In this document: one piece after another, positions 38,960 to 50,333 of the stretch
How the letters are laid out: every line of letters starts with the position of its first letter
Numbering within the stretch: position 1 is the stretch's first letter
From: Phoronis australis
Taxonomy: Eukaryota > Animalia > Phoronida
DNA length: 64,000 nt
Reading direction: 5' to 3'
Assembly: GCA_002633005.1 (NCBI GenBank)
Contig: NMRA01000027.1
Span: 6,489 to 70,488 of the forward strand
Made by a program: the position numbers and the translations under genes
The notes under the pieces: model-generated
The model's input: only the letters and a program-made list of their open reading frames with translations
Database searches by the model: none
Told to the model about the DNA's origin: nothing

Positions 38960-39658
38960 TCCACAGGTGTCACTGGAGCCAAGATGGCCTGCAATGGACA
39001 TCGGTCAAATGACTCATAAGACAAAACTAAAAAGTTTACACTAAGCAGTTGACACTAAGCGCAATGACATGGCAGACGTAAAAGTGTTAACAGAGCTTGA
39101 CACAGTTTCCACCAGGTGTCAATTTTGTCAAGAGTTTTTGAGGTACACCAACTTGTCCCTGATCATCTTATTCCAAGTCAACCATTTGTCTAAATACATC
39201 ATGGTATCTTTAAAATTTTAATAGTAATCCAACCATCCCGTTTCTGAGATCTGATGTTCCGAAGGTAACCAAAACTGGCTACTTTTTCTAAGGTCCAACA
39301 CAAACTTCACAGTCTGGTGATAATTCTCCTAACAACACAGGTAGTCCTAAAAACACCTGTGGTTTTAGTCAGTCAGATCCCAGCTGGTCTGAAACCTTTA
39401 TGTGGTGTTTCTGCAGTAACCAAACAGTGCCCCCACTACCCCTGATCAATTTAGAGCTTTTATGAAAAAGAAAGTGATTAGTGTCAATGGATTGTAGTGA
39501 GATTCTCACATTTGACAGAGAAATACCAAGTGAAAATTCAAAAATCTGTTGAGGACCTCCAAATCTACAGAGGTAAGCGTAAAAAAAGAAAATTGCCACT
39601 AGGGGGCACACCGGTAGTCGAAGAGGTCTGCAATTTGTCGTCTGTTGTCAGGTTGATA

Positions 39659-41137
39659 AGACCCAATTCACACCGACAGGAGGCGCGTTCCAAAACGAGG
39701 CTCGCTACGATAGCTCTGTTAGCTTATCGGCATAGTTGTATTTCAGTCCGTGTTGCTCCGCGAACGGCTAAAAAAAATATGGATACTCAGCTACTATACA
39801 ATCCCTAAAGACGTTGAGATTCGGAAGAGTTGGGTCGTTGCCATATGCTGCGACAAAGCAAAATATGTCCATGTAAAATTTATAAACGTTTTTGAAAAGT
39901 TTGATCATATTTTGTCGCATTTCGGTTGCCAAGCATAGTAACGACCGGAGAATTGGCCAGCCAGGGTGTGTTTTCATTACTACGGGTTGAAACATTATAA
40001 TTTCATTTCCAAAAAGAACAGGGCCCTCAATCCCTCAAATTTGGGCCCAATATCGGCCTCATTCCCATCTCAAAAATACTGAAATATCATGCGAAATTCC
40101 CCCCACGAGGCATAAAAAATTTCCCAAGTGAAAAATCTCTCTGAGTTCACATCACCTGTAACCACACAGGTGACAATTTTTAAGACCACAAAAGGCTACT
40201 TTAAATTGAGACAGAGCCTATGAGAGCTTGCAACAGGGCGGAGGTGCTATTGATGGTGATTGGGAGGTAGATTGCTCCCCTCACTCGGCGAAAAAATCGC
40301 CTCTCAGTAGGCACTGGCACCTTTCCCCTCGCCGGATGAAGGAGGCTCCTGGAGAAACATGATAACTATGATTCCTTTGTCCAGTTAACTGAAATTGAGT
40401 TCTAAAACAAGGTTATGCTTTGGACGAACGAATTAGGTGTTTTAATTTTAAAATTCAACTTGGTCCAGATTGATATTTGAAACCTAACACATGAAATAGA
40501 CGTAAGAATTATTACAACCAAGAAAGCAGAACTGATGGTCAAATAATTTTCATTTTCAATAACGAGCCTGGTTTCTTATTTTAATAAAAATTATTTTTTT
40601 AATAAGATCAATTATTCTTTCAGATCAATGACAAATCAACTGTTAGTCCCAGTCAGTGCATAGGATTAGGCTATGCTTGATGTTAATTCTTGATCAACAA
40701 ATTAAACCAGATGTGACTAATTGCACATGACAGCCACCACTGTCGAATATGTTTTCAACTCGTCAATAATACGAGCAGATGACCTGGTTCGCGGAGAAAG
40801 TATTTTGATCAACAATTTACAAGAAAAAATGTAACCCTGCATTCAGCATAGTACCTAATCCGTAACACTACGATCGCCGCAATTTGGTCATATTTTCTTT
40901 TCATGTTTCGAACCTAGTTTTCCGAAAAAATTAATAAAACCCTTTCGTCAGAAGACTCTTTGGCGCCTTAACTTGTTCTCTAATGTAATTTTCTACGTCT
41001 CTGTGGTTAATTGTCGACACATTATTAAAATTGAACTCGAAAAACCGGCCAGTGAACTCACGCAATGTCAACTTCCGCTTTGTTTATCACAGTGAGCCTC
41101 GCTTTGGATTTTAATGTCCGCCGCGTGAATTGGGTCT
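39659..41137 (+). mobile_element. TIR element family F (ISL2EU/Harbinger-like) with a THAP remnant
   Basis: TIR AGACCCAATTCAC / GTGAATTGGGTCT followed by AT. LSYYTIPKDVEIRKSW is THAP-like. Inverted partial copy at 46562-47600. Confidence 0.75.
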
Positions 41138-41150
41138 ATAGGAACACATC

Positions 41151-42206
41151 CAGGGCTCGACGCTATTAAAATCGCCAGGTCGCATTTTGCGACCTAGCCA
41201 AAATCCCAGGTTGCATTTTCAAACTCCAGCTCGCATTCGTAAATGCCAGGTCGCAAAATTTTCCAGCCATTTTTATGCGCCAAAATAGATTTTTTAGATC
41301 ACTGAGAAAATGTTTAGATTATGCTCTTACCTGCAGCGTTAAATACTCACAAATTTTGGATCTCAAAATTGACTTCATTCATGCAGGTACGGCCTTACTA
41401 TTCTTCACGGCCGCCATTGAAAGACTAGAGCGCAAGGCAAGTTGCCGACGTGAAAGTTGAATCAGTGCTCTCTACATGTAACTGACTTGTGCATTCGAGC
41501 AGCTAAATTTGCGATGTGAAAAGGGAGAAAATGCCCGTTGAAAAGGTATCCGGGATTTTGTTAGATCTGGCCTGCTACTGGCTGTCATCAAAGTCGTTAA
41601 CGATTCAAACTAACTCGGGTAATGGCGAGTTTGCTCCTCAATATTCCAAGTATGGGAAAAATAGGTCAGTCACAAAACGACACGAATGTCAGTAGTGTTA
41701 ACTTTGTTTCCGATGTATAAAACAAAGCCGGGATTTGTTTTTTACATACTGTGAAAAGACGTTTCAGAAAACTGAAGGTGTGTAAAATGAAAGTGACACA
41801 CCATATAAGCTCCGTGTCAATTTTAAACCACACGCGGTCGTTTGTAGTGCGCTATGACGGGCGCTAGCTTGAACTGTGGGCCGAAAGTATTAGCCAATGA
41901 AACGCGTCAAAGATCGATTCTGCATATCCCAAGTTCACGCGACTTGCTTACAAGTCATCGGGAGGGCTGTTCTCGGTTAGTGTTCTTTTGAACTTGGATT
42001 TGGCAACAACCATGCAAATAACGGTAGGATTAACAAGAGCTGCTTTGTATTTGCCAGGTATCTGTTGAGAAGTGCAAAAACTCAGCTCGCATTCGTTGGA
42101 AATTCCAGGTCGCATTTTGCGACTTGATATGAGCTGACAAAAATCTCAGCTCGCATTTCCAAATTTCAGGTCGCAAATGCGACCTGCAGCTCGTTATGTC
42201 CAGCCG
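41151..42206 (+). mobile_element. hAT-like MITE family G, copy 1
   Basis: Starts CAGGGCTCGAC and ends in degenerate GTCCAGCCG. Repeated CAGGTCGCA/TGCGAC subterminal motifs at both ends. Second copy at 61383. Confidence 0.7.
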
Positions 42207-44267
42207 ACATCTGCCATTAATCTCATCAAGATCCTGTGAGGGGTTTAGGTGATACAGCTGCGGACGCCGGACAAGGGACGCCCGGACAGACAGAGATGAC
42301 AGCAATATGTGACCACATATAAATGGGTGCATAAAAATGGCCACTAGGTGGCACAGAGTACCTCGATTCCATTAGAAAATGGGAGGATCGCATCATCTTA
42401 CCAATAGATGCCTATATTCCAAATTTTCTGAAAATCTGTTGAGAACCTTTGAAGATACAAACTTAAACCTAAAAAACTAAAATTGCCACTAGGGGGCACA
42501 CTGGTAGTCAGATACATCCAAAAGTTGTTGTAATCCGTTGTGAACATAATACAAAAGCACTTGCTAAATTTAGCAAAGATCCTACAAATGGCTTAGGAGA
42601 TACAACCATGGACGCAAAAAAAACTTCCACTGGGAGGTGCCACAGTAGTCGAAGTTGTCGCAAATTCGTCAGCTTCGTAGTAAGAACATACATGCCAATT
42701 TTCACAATCACCCTAAGATAGAGAATTGGATGCCAAAATAGACTAAAAAACAATAAAAATGGCCACTAAATGGCGCAAACTACATCAAATCCATCCGAAA
42801 ATGGGATAACAGCGTCATCTCACTAATAGATGCCTATGTGCCAAATTTTATGGCAATACGTTGAGGATCTATGAAGATACAGAGCTAACGTAAAAAATTG
42901 AAATTGCCACTAGGGGGCACACCGGAAGTCAGATGCGTCTGAAAGTCATCATCCATTGTTAACATCATATAAATACACTTGCTAAATTTAGTATAGATCC
43001 CGCCAACTGTTTAGGAGATACAGCCACCGGTGCAAAAAAACAAATCTGCTACTTGGAGGTGCCACAGTAGACGAAATCGTAGGAAAATCGTCAGCCGTCC
43101 TCTTCATTAAAAAACATACACGCCAATTTTCACAAGCCTCCTTAGAGCGGTTTGGTTGACAGAGGGGTGGACGTCAAACAACAGACTCGGAGAGCAAAAA
43201 TGACCACCAGGTGGCACAAACTTAGTCGAATCCATCTGAAAACGGAAGGATAGCGTTATCTCACTAATATATGCCTATATGCCAAATCTTTATGAAAATA
43301 CATTGCAAGAAGCTTTGAAGATATAGAGGCAAGCTTAAAAAAATAAAATTGCCACTAGGGGCACACCTGTAGTTGTTTTGGAGATAGAGCAGCCGACGCC
43401 GGACGGACACCAGACGGATGCCGGACGGACAGAGATGACAGCATAATGCTCCACATATAAACATGTGGGCGCATAAAAAGTGCAATTTTAGCAATTATTT
43501 TTGTGTGTACTGGTGAAATTTTAGGGTTCTCGTTAGCAAAAATGTTCTTGCCAGAGGCCTGGACTGATCTTGCTCACAAACCAGTCATTGGCTACGTAAT
43601 ACAAGAGATTTTACGGTTGTCAACAGCAGTTCAGACATGCCAACTTTCATTTCAGCTGCAAACACTAGAAAATGAATAAAATTAGCCTAGTTGACTTTCA
43701 TGATAAACTGCGTAACGTCTCATTTTCAACGATGGTGTCAATCAATGCTCGACAACTGCTTAAAAATTACAAATTTTTTCTAAACAAAGGTAAAATGAGC
43801 AAAGGGATGCTGGTTGACAATGTGCATTGCAACAGTTAACGACATCAATGTCAGAGTCCAAGATCATGAGCTAATTTAGTAAACTTTCATTTTTCGCACA
43901 TTGTGTTACCATCAGACATTCTTTCATATACGCACATTATGTCGGTTACCATCAGAAATTCTTACTATTACTGAGGTGACTCAGATTTTGATGCTTTAAT
44001 AGGCTAAAGCATACTCAATGCAGTAATATATAATATTCTAGTCATCTTTTCTTCCCTCCTCATTGTATCTACCCCCCCTCCCTTCTCCTCAACTGACTCT
44101 GGAAATAGCAAGTAATTAGGTGAAGACATACCAAAATGTGAAGGCATACCAAAATGTGAAGCCATACCAAACTGTGAAGCTATACCGTTTACACCAAAGT
44201 CATGGAAAGACCGAGATGAACAAGGCTTGAAGTAAATAGTGTAGGTAACTTGTTTCTTCCACATGTC

Positions 44268-44800
44268 CACATAGTCCAGTGTCTCTATAGTATAGTTGAC
44301 ATGACCTCACAGGACACACTATCACATAGTCCAGTGTCTCTATAGTATAGTTGACATGACCTCACAGGACACACTATCACATAGTCCAGTGTCTCTATAG
44401 TATAGTTGACATGACCTCACAGGACACACTATCACATAGTTCAGTGTCTCTATAGTATAGTTGACATGACCACACAGGACACACTATCACAGTCCAGTGT
44501 CTCTATAGTATAGTTGACATGACCTCACAGGACACACTATCACATAGTCCAGTGTCTCTATAGTATAGTTGACATGACTTCACAGGACACACTATCACAT
44601 AGTCCAGTGTCTCTATAGTATAGTTGACATGACTTCACAGGACACACTATCACATAGTTCAGTGTCTCTATAGTATCGATGACATGACAACACAGGACAC
44701 ACTATCATACAGTCCAGTGTCTTTATAATATCACTGACATGACAGCAGAGGACACACTATCATATAGTCCAGTGTCTTTATAATATCACTGACATGATAA
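44268..44800. repeat. 55-bp minisatellite x~9.5 (cacatagtccagtgtctctatagtatagttgacatgacctcacaggacacactat)
   Basis: Directly visible. Confidence 0.95.
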
Positions 44801-46561
44801 CACCAACGCACTAATTCATAGTACTGTCTTAAAGATGCATCAATGACAGTGTGTTCCAACTTTGACAACTCATCAAAGCAGGACCACAAGTTGTCAACAA
44901 AGTAACCTTTCCAAAAAGCCTTTGTCCAAAAGCAAGACAGAAACAATGAATAACAAGAATCACTTGTTGAGATTCATAAAGCCCTATTAGTTGTCTTGCT
45001 GATCACTTATTCACACAGAGTAACATTTATAAACAGCCATGTGCTACATATAAATTGATCAGAAGTCCCTAGGCTCTCTTTAAAAATGCAACACAGTCAA
45101 ATCCCAATGGAATAGTATGAAATGACAGGATGAAATTATCATCTAGAGACAAAACACATTTGTGACACTTCAGTAACAAGTGGACAAATAGAGGTGCACT
45201 CAACAGTTCTATGGTATAGATCTACCAGAAGGCACAGACATTATCACAATCCTTCACACAAGATCTACCCTCAAGGATATCCAACCGCACTCTAAGACAC
45301 TGGTGTGAATTTGTTCTACCAGCATAAAAAATGGTGAGTGAACCAATAAACTAAATAGTGTTCCCTTAGGCAATACATTGATAAACTCAATAAAACTATT
45401 GTTTGAATTAACAGTCAGTGAGGACTGGAGTAATAAATAGTCGAGACTGGCTGATGATAATCATCAACTGATGAAGTGTGTGAAGCCTGGAGTGATGAAT
45501 ATTCATCACAGATGAGACTGACTGATGATAATCCTGTACATTCAGTGTTTATGCAAACAGAAAATTGAAATGGTCAATAATGTGATGACTGCTTCTCATC
45601 ATATTGAGCTGGCTCTAACACTATGTCTTGACTGCTTCTCATCATATTGAGCTGGCTCTAAGCTCTAACACTATGTCATTAGATTGTTGTCAAAGTGTTC
45701 TCATCAATTTGTCTTTGTGAAGATCAACTAACTTGTCTCCCTCAGCCAGTTCACTGATGAGATATAACAAAACTAATGATTCACAGTCATCCATGAATTG
45801 AAACATCTTTCCCAATATTCCTCAATTTGCTACCAGTCTTGACAACTCTTGCAGTTAATTTTAGCACACCTGAGTGTACCTGTCCTCTAAGCACACCTGG
45901 GTCTGGTTGAGCTCTAAGCGCATTCAGGGTTACCTATCCTGTTAGCACACTCGAACAAACCATCACCTGCACTGAACACATCACCTGCACTGAACACAGG
46001 GTCAGAAATACCCTCTCTTCAATCAGAGCAGAGTTCTTCTCCAATGAATGGTAATTACCACAAAATTACAGGTTCCGTAAACAGATATTTATGACACTTT
46101 CACAGAATTATTGGCAGGATCTTATAATTTGCTCACATCAGCCTCTAATAATCAAGATCTTGTCTTCTTCGGCTGCAACAGACATCTGCTTTGAAGAGCT
46201 GAGTCGCAACAGTCTAGTTAGGAGATGAAAACATACCCAACTGACTTGCAAAACTAAATGTCACAGACTCTGTTAACACTTTCCTCCAATCACAGAAAGC
46301 AAGCTGAGCTCTTGTTTATTAACAAAATTGCCAGACAATGTGTGGTTTATGAATGTGATTAATAATTCATGGGAGACATAGACTGGTCAAATGGTATCCA
46401 TCAGAAAGTGTTGTGGCATGAAAGTCAACATAACACAGCTCACTTCCCACCAAGAGCATGATACAGACCAGTGGAGACAGACTAATATTTAAGGTAGCAC
46501 AACATAAACAATAGTATATCGACAAAATTTGGCTTTTAGCTTACTCAGACAATCAACCTCA

Positions 46562-47600
46562 AAGACTCTATTCACGCGGCGGACATTAAAATCCAAAGCG
46601 AGGCTCACTGCCATAAACAAAGCGGAAATTTACATTGCGTGAGTTAAATGGCCGGTCTTAATGGAGTCCAACCTGAATATTAAATCTTAAAAAATGTGTC
46701 AATAATTAACCCCAGAGACGTAGAAAAATACAGTTAAAGAACAAGTCAATGCACCAAAGAGTTGTCTGACGAAAGGATATATTTTTTTTCCGGAAAACTA
46801 GGTTCGAAAACATGAAAGAAGTAAACATGACCAAATTGCGGCGATCGTAGTTTTTACAGATTAGGTATCATGCTGAGTGCAGGGTTACGTTTCTTCTAAT
46901 TCTTGATAAAAATGCTTTCTACACGAACCAGGTCATCTGGTCGTATTGTTGACGAGTTGAAGATATACTCAACAGTGGTGGCTCATAGCATTTTGCTGTC
47001 ATGTGCAATTAGTCTCATCTGGTTTAATTTGTTGATCAAGAGTAGGCCTATTAGCTTCAAGCATAACCTAAGTCCTGGCGAGGTAGGCACTACCGGCCGG
47101 GACTAACAGTTGATTTGTCATTGATCTGAAATAATACTTGATGTTATTAAATATATATTTTGATTGTGATAAAAAACTAGGCTCCCAATTGAAAATAAAC
47201 ATTATATGACCACCAATTCTGCTTTCTTGGTTTTAATAATTACGTCTATTTCATGTGTTATATTTTTCAAATATCAATCTCGACCAAGTTCAATTTTAAA
47301 ATTAAAACACCTAATCCTTTCGTCCAAAGCATAACCTCGTTTTAGAGCTCAATTTCAGTTAACTGGACAGAACACAGTGGCGGATTTAGAGGGGAGCCAA
47401 GGGGCTATGCCCCAGCCCCCCCTTAAAATTCTCCCAGATTCTATTTGGCAGTTCAGGAGCGCGAATTTCTGATGGGCAAAATCCTGGCTAATACTCTGCT
47501 TTGCCCCCCCCCCAACTCAAAGTCCTGGATCCCCCTGGAACAAGCATAGTTATCATGTTTCTTCAGAGGCCTTGTTCATATCCGAGGGGAAACGTGCCTC
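46562..47600 (-). mobile_element. Family F partial inverted copy
   Basis: AGACTCTATTCACGCGGCGGACATTAAAATCC terminus. Reverse complement of ~40315-41137. Confidence 0.85.
47375..47537. mobile_element. 163-bp GC-rich MITE inserted in the family F copy
   Basis: CAGTGGCGGATTTAG...CTGGATCCCCCTG, flanked by the direct repeat GAACA. Absent at the homologous site (~40370-40380). Confidence 0.75.
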
Positions 47601-48449
47601 ATGCGTGTGAGTGTCCAGGGTAGCAGATGCACTGTTGTTAACTCAAAAAGCCAGAGGCTGAATTGTTGCAGTCAGTGCCTGTTGAGGTTTGAAAGGCCAG
47701 GGGCCAACCTCACTCTGCAGTCGGCAGAGGTACAGGCTAGCATTATTTGCATGCAAATGCATAATTTGAGATGGGTGCTGTCTGAGAAGGTCATCCAGGA
47801 GTGGATTCTGCAGGAGAAAATCAATTGTCTCAGATTGTCAGAGATCGGTCTAGGTATCAATTGGAGGACATGAAGTCAAAGTCATGTATGGAGGCAGTTG
47901 GTCTTGTGTAAATAGCTGTGTATTGTCACAGCATTGTGATATACTGGTGCAATTGTAAAGGAAACATGGTTAAAAAGCAAGTATTCGCAAGAACTCTCCA
48001 GGACTGGACCAAGGCAATAGCTTTTCTTTAAAGTGACAGTGTTTACCATTTGCTTAATTACGTAACATGCATGCATGTCATTGTCTCGTTGATTCACAAT
48101 TGTTCATGTCGTCTGGTGCACACTAAGAATCATGCTCACATGTTATTGTACACTATATTTTCATAATAAACATTAAAAAACGATGTGGTAAGTACTCTCA
48201 TATTGGAACAGGATAACATACTAATTAACTTCCCTAAGCACATACAGTAAATCAGATCACAATTCACAACCTCATAAGCTATTATTTGGAAAACGGCTGT
48301 TGTAGTGCCATTTTGCTTATGATTTTGTACCAATAACTATTAAATAGCTCATTATGATATTGTACCAATAACTAATTAAAAGAACAGTTGTCTGACTGGT
48401 AATTCTTGAATATCTCGTGAACATTAAGTTCTATCACAAAACAACAAAA

Positions 48450-50333
48450 TTCAGAAAAATCCCTCCCAATTCGCTTTAGGTGGGAAGCTCGGATTTTGAA
48501 GAATTCCCTTAACTTTGTGAATAATGTTTCCACCTACCTTTTTAGCCCTTACGAATAATTTTGTTTCTTCAATGGCTGGTTTCAACCGAAAAAAATCCTT
48601 CTCATTCGAGTCTGAAATATCTACGACGTAGGCTGACTGAAAGTTGGCAGCAGTGAGGAGAGGGTGAACCGCTAAGGCCTAGGGAACATCGAGCCGCAAA
48701 TTATCAGAACTGAGACTTCGTGTCGCAGTTTTGGAGTAGTTTAGATTTTTTAAAAGAGCAGGAGGCCCAATTTCAGTGTCAAATTAGCACCCAAATAGCT
48801 TATCTACAGTCAAGCCGCCATACTCTTACACTTTTTACTGTCACTGTTCTCTTTTGATATGCGACTTTGGTTTGGTGCGCGCGCGAGTTCCCACGCTCTG
48901 GAGTGCAAGTTTCCTTGACTGCATATGTGAGTGACAGGTGACTCATGCGCATGCTCAACCCCGGACAGGTCTTGAGAATTTGTCAGCCACCGTCTTTTGC
49001 CATAAAAAACGAGACGCACATTGAAACAGGTCGTTATAATTGCCGCCATTTCCAAGTCACGATCGTTTGCGAGGACATTATGCGCAAACAGCGGGACCAA
49101 ACAGTGTCACAGTACGATATTGTAGGTGATATTATAATAGGATAATCTGGAAATCTTATAATTATGTAAAATAAAAATGTTTTTCCACAACAAAATTTGG
49201 TAAGTTGATCATTTAACAATGAATAGAAACATTGCTGTTTTGTGACGTTTTATCACATATATATGCCGTGGTCCAGGTCGCATGTTACGACTTAATACAA
49301 GATGACCAAAATCTCGGCTCGCAGTTTCAAAATTCAGGTCGGCAATGCAACTTACAGCTTGTTATGCCTAGCGCTGAGTACCGTTTACAACACTGACTCC
49401 GTAAGGACGCTTTGCTTGTTGGAACTCGTCACTAATGTAGTCGTATAACAAACCACTGGTGCTGGTTACCCTAATAATGGGGGCTTCGTCTTCGAATTAT
49501 TTTTACCGACACAAGGTATGTGTATGAACTTTTAACTTATTTCTCAGACTCTACTGTAGACTCATCCCATACACAGTGTTAGTATTTTTTAGAATTAAAA
49601 TCTTAAGAACTTGTTTTAGAGTAATGCCTTTGCTGTAACTTTTGATTGACGACTGGCTTATGTCTGCGTACCTCCGCTGGCCAACCAACATAAAAAACAG
49701 CCGCAGCACCTTCAGTACGTTGAAAATGTCATTGAATCATGGAGTCTCTACATGCCAAACACAAAAACACCTGAATTAGTTTTTCAAACTTTAATTACAA
49801 ATAACTGCTCTCTAACACGTGACTCAGCTGTGACCTATGCAGCACGTGAAGCTTGCATGTGCACACTTTGCACTATCACATCAGTGAGGATAGTTGCAAT
49901 CAAAAGTGGAGCACTGCATAGTCACTGCATGGTTGTCTGCGCTCTACAGACACAGCTTTTAACAAGACCGCAGGACGGCACGGGCAATTGACTCAGCAAA
50001 TTTGTAAATTTAACTGAAATGATTAATCTGAGGGCAGCAGAACCCTTAAGATCATCCACTCTTATGACACTTTTAATGCCATTTGGTGACATGGTGATTA
50101 AGTTCAGAAAAGTGCTACACATTCCAACTACGTGTGGGGATTGGGATCATGAGGTAAGATTAACCGACCACCCCAGTTGTCTGTCATAATAAGCGCCCAT
50201 GTTTGGTTAACCGCCCACCCGCGATTTCTTGAAATTTCACGTTTAAGGGCCCATGTCTGGTTAACCGCCCACCCCCGATTTTTTGGGTTTGCCAATTTAA
50301 CCGCCCTGGGGCGTTAACCCGAATGTTTACGTA
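48450..50333 (-). mobile_element. TIR family A, inverted copy retaining the terminus missing from copy 1
   Basis: Reverse complement of ~1364-3210. Ends GGGCGTTAACCCGAATGTTTACG-TA. Confidence 0.85.

Larger units (their letters stand above)
39525..43480 (+). mobile_element. Family D elements (39525-39650 and 42210-43480) interrupted by two TIR elements
   Basis: Same ~145-bp repeats. Two 3' modules (microsatellite + stem-loop) at 42260-42335 and 43390-43478. Confidence 0.75.

Noticed and set aside
45500-48400. Possible old LINE fragments on the minus strand
   Set aside because: No diagnostic RT or APE motif could be read with confidence.
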